Assembly: GCF_964194155.1 (NCBI RefSeq)
Contig: NC_135894.1
Span: 14,508,001-14,572,000 of the forward strand
Origin: Cetorhinus maximus
Lineage: Eukaryota
Length of the DNA: 64,000 nucleotides
Reading direction: 5' to 3'
How positions within the stretch are numbered: the stretch's first letter is position 1; each line of letters opens with the position of its first letter. Positions 27,569 to 40,820 of this stretch are shown piece after piece. A model generated the notes under the pieces. The model ran no database searches and was not told where the DNA came from. It was given only the letters and a program-made list of their open reading frames with translations. The position numbers and the translations under genes were made by a program.

Positions 27569-28420
27569 AGTTGCTTGGTAGTACAGAACTTGAATATTGC
27601 TGAAAAGGGAGATATGTTGCTGAAGCTCTTCATTTTGCCCTCATCAGGACAACCACAAGAATACCAAATTTTATACCAATTTTTAAACTATTGCAATTTA
27701 TACTACAGGACACAGGGGTGCTAATTAGTTGGCAAGTCGACTCTGGCCAAGACATTGCCATGGTGAAAGCAATGGGGAACTAAAGGCTCCTGGATAATTC
27801 AAAAAAGGTGCAAGGCTTTTGTTTGCAGAGATTGAGTCCCTGTGTATGAATGTATGTTGCTTCCAACAAGGGTAAATGAGCCATATTACAAGCTCGACTG
27901 ATTATCAGGATTGCCAGGTACGTAGGCTGTACATCTCAGCGACCGGCTGATCAAATCAAACGATTTGTTCCTTTGGTTGTGCTTAATGGGCAGAGTACAG
28001 ACCATATTCAACCAGCCTGTGCTAGAAAACCCAAAACAAAACATCTACTGATAGATGTGATTTTGCGATTGAGCAGTATTTGCTGAATGCACTAAGCTAC
28101 ACTAACAACCAAGATAATCAGTTGAGTTCGTAACATGGTTCATTCACACTTGCTGGAAGTGACATACATTCATATGCAGCGATCCGTTCTCTGCAAACAA
28201 AAGGAATATATTCAAGCCTTGCACCTTTTTGAATTACCTGGGAGCTTGGATCGCCTACAGTTCCCTGTTGCTTTCTCCATGGCGATGCCTCGGCCAATCA
28301 GTTGACCCTTTTCTGTTGTGGTATAAATTTTTCTGATTGTTGGAAATTTGGAATTCTTGCATTTGCCCTAATGAGTGCAAGAAGAACAGCTTTGGCAACA
28401 TGTCTCTCTTTTCAGCAACA
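27569..28420. mobile_element. Fold-back PLE lineage A insertion (two inverted 3' ends, each with a decayed hammerhead)
   Basis: 27596-27910 is the reverse complement of about 28095-28420; right arm starts with ARYVGCTSQRPADQIK; TSD atttatatttaca (27557) / atttatatttgca (28420). Confidence 0.82.
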
Positions 28421-29624
28421 TTTATATTTGCACAGCTTAAATCTATTCCAATTGTATCTGATTGTCAGCTAACATAACATCCTAGCAATTAGTCAGGAAT
28501 GCAAGAGGAGAGAAAGAGAAGCAGGGGTTGAGAACTGAGACAGCATTTTATTTTAGGGAGCCCTCAGAGGTTTGTCAAGGGGGAAACCCTCTACCTAGTG
28601 TGTTTCTTTTCATTCTGTCACCTGGGTCTTTTTTTCAAGCCCAGTTTTGCTTTATCTCTCCTTTTTTGTGCTTGTTTACATGCAGGAATAGTGAGTTTCT
28701 AGTCCTTCATCTCCAACCTGTGTCAATCAACCTCCACTGTTTAGACAGTGATTGCTATTGGGCATGGCTATCTTTTTATTTGAAGTTCTTACAGCAAACA
28801 TCTCCTAAATGTAGGCAGCATACATGGTCCTGGCTTTCTGTCATTGTTTAGTAGTTTCATTGGCTCCTAGATCAATTTAATGTTCAATTACTGCTGTGCC
28901 AACATCAACTTGGCTGTATAAATATCTGCAAGAGGGATAAACCTGCTGGCTTCCTTCTAGTCCCAGAGTCTAAAATTTAATATCACAGTCCAAACTCTCC
29001 TGTGATAAGGCCAGCAACATCATGAAGATAGATTATTGCAACAAGAAACAAAGTTATTTTGCAGGCAACAGAGAGCTACTACTTCCCCGTTGATCTCAGA
29101 CACAGGTGCACAACTGAGTACAGGTGCCTCCCATCCATGACCAGTATCATTTTTGGCAGTAGAAAGCATTACTGTGCAAATTAAATTTTTTTGAAAGCAG
29201 ACTATTTTTTATTCCAAACACAAAAGCAGCCAAGGTGATTTTTTTAAAAAGAAAGATCATATCCTGCTTTATGTATTGGCAATGTTGTAGTAATCTGAAT
29301 GTGAAGCTTACAAGTACATGACAACTTAATTAGCATATTTATTCAATAGCTTTGCATGTTTTAAGATTAAGTCCTGAGCCTAATTAATGTTTCTTCAGCT
29401 CTGTTTTGAACACTGATTTAGTGACACACAGGTGCATTTGTGGGTATCATCTGAGGCCAGAACTCAACTTAGTGGCAGGGGCATGTAGAAGAATATGGAA
29501 GTGAGGACAAGCTCTAACTGAAGAGAGGCTTGATTCTATCTCATCTCACAATGGAGTCTTGCAAGAGATTCAGTTGGCATGTTGCCCACATAAAGAGTAC
29601 CCCTAGATGTGAGGTACAAGTAAA

Positions 29625-30435
29625 TGCAGCTTTACCTTGCAGCTTGACAGGATTGGCCACACAAGCCTGTCCCACCATTCGGTAAGATCATGGGTGATCT
29701 GCAACCTGTCTCCATATATCTGCAACAAAAACAGAAATACCTGGAAAAACTCAGCAGGTCTGGCAGCATCGGCGGAGAAGAGCAAAGTTGATGTTTCGAG
29801 TCTTCATGACCCTTCAACAGTTGAAGGGTCATGAAGACTCGAAACATCAACTTTGCTCTTCTCCGCCGATGCTGCCAGACCTGCTGAGTTTTTCCAGGTA
29901 TTTCTGTTTTTGTTTTTGATTTCCAGCATCCGTAGTTTTTTGTTTTTATCCATATATCTGCATTTGTTCAATATCCTTAATACCCTTGGTAAACAAAAAT
30001 CTATCGATTTCAGCCTTAAAATTAAGAATTGATCTGATCTCAATTGCTGTTTGATGAAAAAGTTGAAAACTTCTACCACCCTTTTTGTGTGTGTGTGAAA
30101 TGTTGCTTAATTTCACTCCTGCATGGTATAGGTCAGACATTTTTATTGTGCTCCTAGCCCTAGAAACCTCATTCCTCAACCTGCGGGAATGGTATTTACC
30201 TACCGTTTCTGATGAAATCACTCCAATCTTCTAAATTCCAGGAATTATAGCCCTAGTATGTGTTAATTTCTCCTCATAATTTAACCCTTGGAGCCCAGTA
30301 TATTTTGGTAAATTTACACTGCACTCCTACTTATGCCAAAATACTCTTCCTAAGGTGCCCAGACTGCTTATCTTTCTCTAGGTATGGTCTAACTTGGTTT
30401 TTGTATAGCTGAAGCCCATGTATTCTTGTCTTCTA
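29625..30435 (-). mobile_element. Old CR1 3' fragment hosting the palindromic PLE insert
   Basis: ccaccattcggtaagatcatgg, aacaaaaatctatcgatttcagcc, tttacactgcactcc. Confidence 0.75.
29724..29948. repeat. Perfect palindrome of a PLE lineage B terminal fragment with one-sided tail and TSD
   Basis: Arms 29724-29818 and 29820-29914 are exact reverse complements with a 1-nt spacer; tail 29915-29948; tccatatatctgca at 29711-29724 and 29949-29962. Confidence 0.95.
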
Positions 30436-30449
30436 GATGCTATTGTTTC

Positions 30450-31645
30450 TCATAGAAACATAGAAAATAGGAATGGGAATAGGCCATTCGGCCCTTCGAG
30501 CCTGCTCCGCCATTCATTATGATCATGGCTGGTCATCCAACTCCATAGCCTGCTCCCGCTTTCTCCCTGTATCCTTTGATCTCTTTCGCCTCGAGCTATA
30601 GCTGACTCCTTCTTGAAAACATAATGTTTTGGTCTCAACTACTTTCTGTGGTAGCGAATTCCACAGACTCACCACTCTCTGGGTGAAGAAATTTCTCCTC
30701 ATCTCAGTCCTAAATGGTCTATCCCATATCCTCAGACTATGACCTCTGGTTCTGGACTCTCCCACCATCGGGAACATCCTTCCTGCATTTACCTTGTCTA
30801 GTCCTGTTCAAATTTTATCGGATTCTATGAAATCCCCCCCTCATTCTTCTGAACTCCACCGAATATAATCCTAACTGACTCAATCTCTCCTCATATGCCA
30901 GTCCCACCATCCCAGGAATCAGTCTGGTAAATCTTTGCTGCAATCCCTCTATAACAAGAACATCCTTCCTCAGATAAGGACACCAAAACTGCGCGCACTG
31001 TTCCAGGTGTGGTCTCACCAAGGCCCTGTATAATTCCTGCTCCTGCACTTGAATCCTCTGGCTACGAAGGTCAACATACCAGTTGCCTTTTTTACTGCCT
31101 GCTGCACCTGCATGCTTACCTTCAGCGACTGGTGTATGAGGACACCCAGGTCTCGTTATACATTCCCCTCTCTCAATTTATAGCCATTCAGATAATCTGC
31201 CTTCCTGTTTTTGCTACCAAAGTGGATAACCTCACATTTATCCACATTATACTGCATCTGCCATGTATTTGCCCACTCACACAGCTTGTCCAAATCATAC
31301 TGAAGCATCTCTGCATCCTCCCCACAGCTCACCCTCCCACCCAGCTTTGTGTCATCTGCAAATTTGGAGATATTACATTTAGTTCCCTCATTTAAATCAT
31401 TAATATATATCGTGAATAGCTGGGGTCCCAGCACCAATCCCTTCGGTATCCCACTAGTCACTGCCTGCTATTTGGAAAAAGACCCGTTTATTCCTACTCT
31501 TTGTTTCCTGTCTGCCAACCAGTTTTCTATCCATCTCAATATACTACCCCCAATCCCATGTGCTTTAATTTTACACGCTAATCTTTCATGTGGGACTTTG
31601 TCGAAAGCTTTCTGAAAGTCCAAATAAACCACATCCACTGGCTTC
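30450..31645 (-). mobile_element. CR1 LINE, 5'-truncated
   Basis: KFADDTKLGG, RPHLEQCAQFW, terminus catagaaacatagaaaatagg. Confidence 0.93.
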
Positions 31646-33329
31646 AGGTGTGTATTTCAAAACTAAAGCTCTTTAGTTACAAGCGGAGTATTTGTTAGAG
31701 CCAACTTTTTCTTAATCGTTGCTGATATTTATTTTGACTTTCTTTCTCCTTCCCACTTTATTTTGCCAACATAGTGAGTCACTAGGAAAAACTGAGCAGC
31801 AAAACAGAATTTAATACTTTCCCAGCCAGTACTGTTGTTCATAAAATAGGGAAGACATCAATGCAATTTCAGCATGTGAAATTGCTAAAAAAAAAAATGC
31901 CTGTTCCTGTTTGCCTTAATTTGTGATTCAGCGCATTTTCTCTCTGCCATGGGCTGCTAGCCATGTGGCATCAAGGTACTGCAAGTTGTCTGGCAAATTC
32001 ATGCTCAGGAAATTTTACAAATAATCAGCCTGCTGTAATCCTATGGTAATATCTTGATGATGCGCGCTGTTTCCAAGCTTCAATATTTGATTTGTACTTT
32101 GCCATTTCAATATTCATTTAGATATGTTATAACTGACCATATAGTCTGTGTATGCACACAGTTGTTCTGCAGAATACAATGAATGGAACAGCAAATGATT
32201 TCTCTAGCATAGTGATCTTGATTCTGCAAATGGATTTGGAGGAAGTACTGTTAACTGAAGGAAGATTTTACAGGAAATGATGTATTATGTAGGATATGGT
32301 TATGTGTGGGCACATCTATAACCATAAACCATCAGCATCATGAAACTGATGTTGAAGTGTCACTGCTGGTTTGGTGTAAAAATGTGGAGTTTACAAATAC
32401 TGCACCTTAAACTTTTCTTCCTCCAACTCTCAAATCTTGGTTTCATTAAAGCCTTTTTTAAGAAAGGAAGCAGAGCTCTAAATTTGTATTAAGTGAACCT
32501 GAACCCACTTTTCAGAGATTCAAAGGTGACAGTCTTGGGATTGGATGAACTTGGGATTTAAAACAGAATACTCTTAGCTTTGGCAGAGTGCCAGTTGTAA
32601 GCTGCAGTACAACTTTGGGTCTTAATTGTTGCACTCTGCAGCTACCAGTCTTGGGCTTATTGTTAAATATGAATGTAGCCAATGATTCAGTTGTTTATCT
32701 TAAGATAAATATACGGATTGCAGTTTTTAAGTAATTTGTCAATTTAAAGAATCACCATTTAAAAGTTACAGCATGTTTAAAAATTGTTCTTGAAAGATGG
32801 AACAGAAGCTAGATGTGCTTAAAAACTGACTTCCATCTTGTTTTAACCAAAACAAAATTGACCACTTTTGCAACATGCAAGATATTTCTACCCCAAAAGT
32901 CTTATCTTTGTGAGCGTTAAAAAGAACCATCTGAGACATTTCTAGATGGAGAGTAAAGCACCCCCTTCTCTAATTTTGCCTATGAATGCCCCAATTCCCT
33001 CGAGGATGGTTGCTCAGTGTTGGACACTGGCACATCTAATCATATTGGGAGGAGGATGGAAGATTTACAAGTGTAATAACAATTGGGAGAAGGGTGGGTG
33101 AAGAGAAGGGAATTCTGCCGTGTGTACTACTGAACAAGACTTGACCAGGAAGCACTGAATGTTGAATCTGGATGACCAAACTTTCTTTTAAAGCCACAGA
33201 CTCGACTTGGTCATTTTGCTCACTGCATGTAATTGTCAAAAGAAGTAGGATGCAGGTGCCTATTCAGTGACTTTAGTTTCCTCCTTATGTGCTTCGCAAT
33301 ATGGTGAATAACTCATTGTAAAGTGTACC

Positions 33330-33930
33330 CAGCCTTTCAGTTTAGTATTATATAATGTAGCTATTCTCTTGTCACTGACTCCATCCCCCTTTCAAGCCAT
33401 TTGCTCATGACTACTCTCCCAGTTGTTGGCCAATTCAGCTTTGGAGGACTGCCACCGTTTGTCACTCAGAAACTTCTATAGTGCAACCTCAGCCTCCAAG
33501 TTCAGCCTGCCAGTCTAAGTGGTTCAGAGATTAGCTTTCAGTCTAGGTAAGTCAGCATTCCTCAGCTCGGAGCCCTTCCCACCAAGCTGGCTAAATATTG
33601 TGTTTAACCAGTGCCCACCCTGCCTCCCCCACAATGTAGATCCGATACTCCAAGCTCTAAATCCCTATTTTTTTCAAAACTACCACCCTCGCTGACCTAC
33701 AAAGCACTCTGTCCTCCAATGTGTTAAATTTTAGACCTTGACCTCAAATTCGTTTGTAGCTTTGCATAACTGCAGTTTTCTCCAGCTTTGTCTGTCTACA
33801 TGCACTTTGTTGTTGCCTGGCCTGGTCTTTTGTACATTTGTTCCCTGAAGCCCTGTGCCTTCCGACTACTTTCTCTTAAAAACCTAAAAATCTATCTTTT
33901 TGGACAAGTTTTGGATCATCTCTGCTAACC
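33330..33930 (+). mobile_element. Highly decayed L2-like fragment
   Basis: aaaacctaaaaatctatctttttggacaagtttt matches the other L2 3' ends in this window. Confidence 0.4.
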
Positions 33931-34420
33931 TATACCCCAATGCTGCTCATCTGCAGCCAAAGACTTGAGCATGTAAAGTAGGCTGCGGTGTCAGAGGTAC
34001 AGTCTTTCTAAGACCAAAACGCATGCAGTGTCGAATGAAAGGGCACTCTTCACATTTGTTGACTGGCAGAGTTAAGATACGCTAACTATTCTATGAATAT
34101 GAATGTATGCTTCCAGTATATCAGTTGTGAAAAAAGAACCCAGACATCAGAGAACAGAATACAGGGAAAGAGTATTAATTTGCCAGATATATACATCCCA
34201 CCCAATACGTTTGCATAGATGCGCATGCAAACATGCTGTCCCTGTTCACAGTTATTTCAGAAAAATAATTACTTTACTGACAAGTTGACTGAAACATTCA
34301 TATTTTTAATTTACTGGTGTGACATTTACTGCAATATCTATACCTCCATTCTAGTATTGGATTAGAATGGGAGCAGCTTTAGCTGTGATGCACCCTTCAT
34401 TTGAATAGTCTGCTATTGTT

Positions 34421-36590
34421 CCTTTTTTTTTATTCATAGAAAGTGGGCTTCACTGGCTGGGCCAGCATTTATTGCCCAACCCTAGTTTCCCTTGAGTAGG
34501 TGGTTGTGAGCTGCCTTCTTGAGCTGCTGAAGTCATTGTGATGTGGGTGCACCAGCAGTGCTGTTAGAAAGGGAGTTCCAGGATTTTGACCCAGAGGCAG
34601 TGAAGAAATGGCGATTTTTCCAAGTCAGGATGGTGAGTGACTTCGGGATCTTCAGGTGGTGGTGTTCCTATCTATCTGCTGCCCTTGTCCTTCCAGATGG
34701 TAGTGGCCGTGGATTTGGAACGTGTTGCCTAAGGAGCCCTGGTGAATTCCTGCACTGCATCTTGTATATGGTACACATTGCTGCTTCTGTGCATTGGTGG
34801 TGGAGGGAGTGAATCTTTATGGGTGTAGTGCCAATCAAGTGGGCTGCTTTGTCCTGCACGGTGTCCAGCTTCTTTGTGTTGTGGGAGCTGCACTCATCCA
34901 GGCAAGTGAGGAGTATTCCATCACACTCCTTGCTTGTGGCTTGTAGATGGTGGACAATATTTGGGGAGTCGGGAAGGTGAGTTACCTGTCGCAGGATTCC
35001 TGGCCTCTGATCTGCTCTTGTAGCCACGGTATTTATATGGCGAGTCCAGACCAGTTCAGTTTCTGGTCAATGGTAACCCCCAGGATGTTGATAGTGGGGG
35101 ATTCAGTGATGGTAATGCCATTGAACGTCATGGGGCGATGGTTAGATTCTCTCTTGTTGGAGATGGTCATTGCCTGGCACTTGTGTGGTGTGAATGTTAC
35201 TTGCCACTTGTCACCCCAAACCTGGATAATGCCCAGGTCATACTGCATTTGGACATGGACTGCTTCAGTATCTGAGGAGTCGAGAATGGTGCTAAACATT
35301 GTGCGATCATCAGCGAACATCCCCACTTCTGACCTTATGACGGAAGGAAGGTCATAGATGAAGCAGCTGAAGAAGGTGGGCCGAGGACACTACCCTGAGG
35401 AACTCCTGCAGTGATGTTCTGGAGCTGAGATGACTGACCTCCAACATCCACAACCATCTTCCTTTGTGCTCAGTATGACTCCAGCCAGCAGAGTTTTCCC
35501 CTGATTCCCATTGACTCCAGTTTTGCTAGGGCTCCTTGATGCCACACTCAAATGGTGCCTTGAAATTAAGGGCAGTCACCCTCTCCTCACCTTGGGAGTT
35601 CAGCACTTTTGTCCATGTTTGAACCAAGGCTGTAATGAGGCCAGGAGCTGAGTGACCTTGGCCAAACCCAAAATGCGTGTCAGTGAGCAGGTTATTGCTA
35701 AACAAGTATTGCTTGATAGCACTGTTGATAACCACTTCCATTACTTTACTGGTGATCGAGAGTAGACTGATGGGCTGGTAATTGGCCAGGTTAGATTTGT
35801 CCGACTTTCTGTGTACAGGACATCCCTGGGCAATTTTCCACAAAGCCAGGTAGATGCCAGTGTTGTAGCTGTACTGGAACAGCTTAGCTAGGGGTGCGGC
35901 AAGTTCTGGAGCACAAGTCTTCAGTACTATTGCTGGAATATTGTCAGGGCCCATAGCCCTTGCAGTATCCAGTGCCGTCAGTCGTTTCTGGATATCACAT
36001 GGAGCGAATCGAATTGGCTGAAGACTGACATCTGTCTGGAGGAGGCTGAGATGGATCATCCACTTGGCACTTTTGGCTGAAGATTGTAGCAAATGCTTCA
36101 GCCTTATCTTTTGCACTGATGTGCTGGGCTCCCCCATCATCGAGAATAGGGATATTTGTGGAACCACTGCCTCCTCCAGTAAGTTGTTTAATTTTCCACC
36201 ACCATTCACGACTGGATGTGGCATGGCTGCAGAACTTATATCTGATCTGTTGGTTGTGGGATTGCTTAGCCCTCTCTATCTCTTGCTGTTTGTGCTGTTT
36301 GGCATGCAAGTTGCCCTGTATTATAGCTTCACCAGGTTAACACATTTTTAGGTATGTCTGCTGCTGCCCCTGGCATGCCCTTCTGCATTTTTCATTGAAC
36401 CAGGATTGATTACCTGGCTTGATGGTAATGGTTGAATGGGGGAAATGCCGGTCCATGGACTGTGTTCGAGTATAATTCTGCTCCTGCTGATGGCCCACAG
36501 CGCCTCACGGATGAACAGCCTTGAGTTGCTAAATCTGTTTGAAATCTATCCCATTTAGCATGGTGGTAATGCCACACAACACTCGAGGGT
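34421..36590 (-). mobile_element. CR1-group LINE, second family, RT region
   Basis: AMGPDNIPAIVLKTCAPELAAPLAKLF, YQPISLLS, MFADD, LGVTIDQKLNW. Confidence 0.92.
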
Positions 36591-37824
36591 TTACTAAGGG
36601 AGGCTTCACAAAAGGAGAATGATGATCACTTGGAGAATGTAACAGAAGTTGGTTAGTTCCCATGGATTATAGCCCATCAAGGAGATGAAGTTTGCATTGG
36701 AAGGAGGAAAATTAGTAAAACAGCAACTGTTTTATGGTCATTCTTCTTTGAAATTTCCTGTTTCTGAGCTGCAAAATGGCTAAATTACATGCAATTTCTC
36801 CCTGCTGCAATTGGGATTCATCCCACAGTGTCTGTCTCAAACTTGCTCAAATTCTGGTATGAATTCTGGCCTTCCTTTCCTCTTACAATCTTCAGACTTC
36901 TAAAAACCTGAATTTCCTGTCACTGGGTCCTGATTTAACTTAAGCCTTTTCATACTTGCTGATGTCTTTCATAATTGGTGTTGCCCCATCACCTTGGAGT
37001 TGTTAATTTAAAAAAAGATTTTGCCATGCACATTTCACTTCAGATGTCACTAAATTTAATGTCTTATCTTCTGCAAATGGTATCTTCAATCTTGCATACA
37101 AATTTCTGATTGGAGCACCAGATATATTGGTTAGATATTAATTACACTTGGCTAGCACTTCACATATTTTTACAATATTATGACAGCAATTTTTGGAAGA
37201 ACCTGCTGGACGCTTATTTAGTTGAACACTTCATTTGTTTCAAAAGGGAAGCCATAAGGAAGGTCAGGTGAAATTTTCAAGATTGAGATTGTTAGATTTT
37301 GGTTTTACAAGGGTATCATAAATATGGAACAAAAATGGACAAATGGAGTTGAGGTACAGATCAACCATGACCTGAATGGCCTTAAGTCAAACTCAATTTT
37401 AATTATTTCCAAAATTTCCACTTTTTGAGAAATTTTTACACTTGTGATGAGCCGAAAATATCAATTTTCCTCAGTTTCAATTATGTGGATGATCAGTGAA
37501 AGGTAGTTTGGGAGTGACTGTTTTCTCAAAGTAAAGTTATTGTGATCAAGATTAAAGAAAAGTCCAATTACCTATACAAACAAGTAAAAAGAAAATGAAC
37601 AAACAACATTTCCAGTAGCTTGACTTCTTATCAATATGAAAGTATTGAACTTATTTCTCAAACTAATCTCGAAGTAATGACATTAGAGCTCAGAATTTGA
37701 TGAGTATCTAGCAGCTCCCAGCACGATGCTGCTTTCTGAATTAATGAAACAAACGTGTATTAACAGCGCTTATTCTACTGCAAGAATATTCTCACTGAAG
37801 CAAAATCAGTTCTGGGATTGTGTC

Positions 37825-39160
37825 CCCTGGCAATGTGGAAAATTGCCCAGGTATGTCCTGTACACACAAAGCAGGCCAATTGCTGTCCCATCAGTCTACT
37901 CTCCATCAATAAGGTGATGGAAGGGATCATCAACAGTGCTAGCAAGCAGCACTTGCTTCGCAATAACTTGCTTGCTGCCACTCAGTTTGGGTTGCCCCAA
38001 GGTCACTCAGCTTCTGACCTCATTACAGCCTTGGTTCAAACATGGACAAAAAAGCTGAACTCCAGAGGTGAGGTCAGAGTGACTGTCCTTGACATCAAAG
38101 CAACATTTTACTGAATGTGGCATCAAGGAGCCCTAGCAAAACTGGAGTCAATGGGAATCAGGGTGCAAACTCTCCACCGGTTGGAGTCATACCTAGCACA
38201 AAGATGGTTGTGGTTCTTGGAGGTCAATCATCTCTGTTCCAGGGCATCACTGCAGGAATTCCTCAGGGCCTTTGGGCCAATGCTCTTCAGCTGCTTCATC
38301 AATGACCTTCCATTGTAAAGTTAGAAGTGGGGATGTTCGCTGATGATGTTCAGCACCATTCGCAACTCCTCAGGTACTGAAGCAGACCATGTCCAAATGC
38401 AGCAAGATCGGGAAAGCATCCAGGCTGCGGCTGACAAGTGATAAGTAACATGCGTGTCACACAAGTGCCAGGCAATGACAATCTCCAACAAGAGAGAATC
38501 TAACCATCGCCCTATGACATTCAATGGCATTATCATCACTGAATCCCGCACTATTAACATCCTTGGGGTTACTATTGACCAGAAACTGAACTGAACTAGC
38601 CATATAAATACTGTGGCTATAAGAGCAGGTCAGAGGCTAGGAATCATATGACGCGTATCTCACCACCTGACTCCCCAAAGCCTGTCCACCATCTACAAGG
38701 CATCAGGAGTGTGATGGAATTCTTTCCCCTTGCCTGGATGAGTGCAGCTCCAACAACACTCAAGAAGTTTGACACCATCCAGGACAAAGCAGCTCACTTG
38801 ATTGACACCCGATCCACAAACATTCACTCTCTCTGCCACTGACGCACAGTGGCAGCAGTGTGTACCATCTACAAAATGCACTGTAGGAACTCACCGCGAC
38901 TACTACCATTTTAGAAGGGCAAGGACAGCAGATGTATAGGAACACCACCTGGAAGTTGCTCTCCAAACCCCACAAATATATCGCCGTTCCTTCACTGTCG
39001 CTGGGTCAAAATCCTGGAACACTCTCCCTAACAGCACTATAGGTGCACCTACACCACATGGACTGCAGCGGTCCAAGAAGGCAGCTCACAACCACCTTCT
39101 CAAGGGTAATAAATGCTGGCCTAGCCAGGGACGTTCACATCCCATTAGTGAATAAAAAAG
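37825..39160 (+). mobile_element. CR1-group LINE, second family, 3' half
   Basis: WKIAQVCPVH, QFGLPQGHSASDLITALVQTW, gggatgttcgctgatga, tail cacatcccattagtgaataaaaaa. Confidence 0.92.
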
Positions 39161-39423
39161 GTGATTGTGTGGTGCCATTTCTATGCAGCTTTTATAGCAT
39201 TGATGTTTATGATTCAATTTGCAAAGCAAAGCAGTTGAATTGTTAAAGGCAATGTCCACGTTCAGTTTTTCTTTTGGGTTTTATAGTTGCTTCCTTTATC
39301 TGTAAGTAATAAGAGCATTCCAATTGTCTTATGTCTATGTGTAGCGTTTTAAGCTTTGCTTAGTTCTGGCTAAGTCCTTTCCACCTTACTCTTTCTGTTT
39401 CACTTCATGTGAACCTGTGTAGG

Positions 39424-40820
39424 CCTTACCATCTTCTGAAACTGTTACCGCCACCACCTTGAAGGACAAGGGCAGCATATGCATGGGGACACCAACTGCA
39501 AGTGGGCAGGTGGTGGCACAGTGGTATTGTCACTGGACTAGTACTCCTGATGCCCAGGGTAATGCTCTGGGGATAAAAGCAAAATACTGTGGATGCTGAA
39601 AATCTGAAACAAGAACAGAAAATGCTGGAAAAACTCAGCAGGTCTGACAGCATCTGTGGAGAGAGAAAAAACAAAGTTAATGTTTCGACAGCACCTCATC
39701 TTCCAATTAGGCACCATACAACCTTCTGGACTTAACATTGAGTTCAACTTCAGAGCATGAACTCTCCTCCATCCTCGCCCCCTTTTATTCATTCCCTTTC
39801 TTCTACATTCATTTCTATTTTTTACCCATTTGTTTTATTTTTATTTTCATTCATTTATCTGTAGTTTTATCCTCTTTATCCCAGTTTCTATCCTCTTTTT
39901 CCCCCCACCACCGCCCCCTCCTCCCCCCACTCCATTCCCTACAGGGCCGTCTGTCACTTGTTCCATGTTGTTCTTTCACAGAATGCTTTCTTTGTTTTGC
40001 TTTAACCACATTTTGCTTTCTTATCTTTACGCCACTATTAGCATATTTTTTAGAGCTAACCACTACCATTAACAATCCCTTTGTCCTCTTGTTCATGACA
40101 TCTTTGTCAGTCCCTCCTTTGTCCCCACCTATCGCTGACCTTCTAACCAGCTTCACCTGCACCCCCTCCTCTTAAACAGTATAAATTTCATCACATTTCC
40201 ACTTCTCTTCAGCTCTGAAGAAGGACTGGAAACATTAACTTTGTTTTTTTCTCTCTCCACAGATGATGTCAGACCCTGAGTTTTTCCAGCATTTTCTGTT
40301 TTTGTAATGTTCTGGGGACCTGGGTTTGAATCCTACCATGGCAATAAAAAATCTGGAATTAAAAGTCTAATAATGACCATGAAACCATTGTCGATTATTG
40401 TAAAAAAAAACCCATCTGGCTCCCTAATGTCCTTTAGGGAAGAAAATCTGCTGTCTCTACCTGGTCTGGCCTACATGTGACTCCAGACCACACAGCAATG
40501 TGGTTCACTCTTAAATGCCCTCTGAAATGGCTTAGCAAGCCACTCAGATGAGCAATAAATGCTGGCCCAGCCAGTGATGCTCACATCCAATGAACAAATA
40601 AAAAAAAAAAGTTTCCCTTCAAATCAAAAACTATTCTGACTTGGAACTATCAAAATCCTGGAACTCCCTTCCTAACAGCACTCTGGATATAGCTACATCA
40701 CATGGCCTGTAGCGGTCCAGGAAGATGGCTCACCACCTTCTTGAGGGCAATTAGAAATGGGCAATAAATGTTGACCTAGCCAGCGATGTCCACACCCCTG
40801 TGAAAGAATTTTTTTTAAAA
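39424..40820 (+). mobile_element. Triple nest: LINE 3' fragment containing a tRNA-derived SINE (about 39503-40610) containing a fold-back PLE lineage B element (39574-40303)
   Basis: SINE A box tggcacagtggta and B box ggtttgaatcc are separated by the PLE; TSD gtaatgctctgggga (39559) / gtaatgttctgggga (40304). Confidence 0.85.

Noticed and set aside
29603-30079. Mirror ORFs sharing NKNRNTWKNSAGLAASAEKSK on both strands
   Set aside because: An artefact of the palindrome, not a protein family.
35526-36224. Long ORFs (232, 222, 212 and 197 aa) as active RT genes
   Set aside because: All are frameshifted, stop-interrupted LINE fragments; no intact ORF2 is present.
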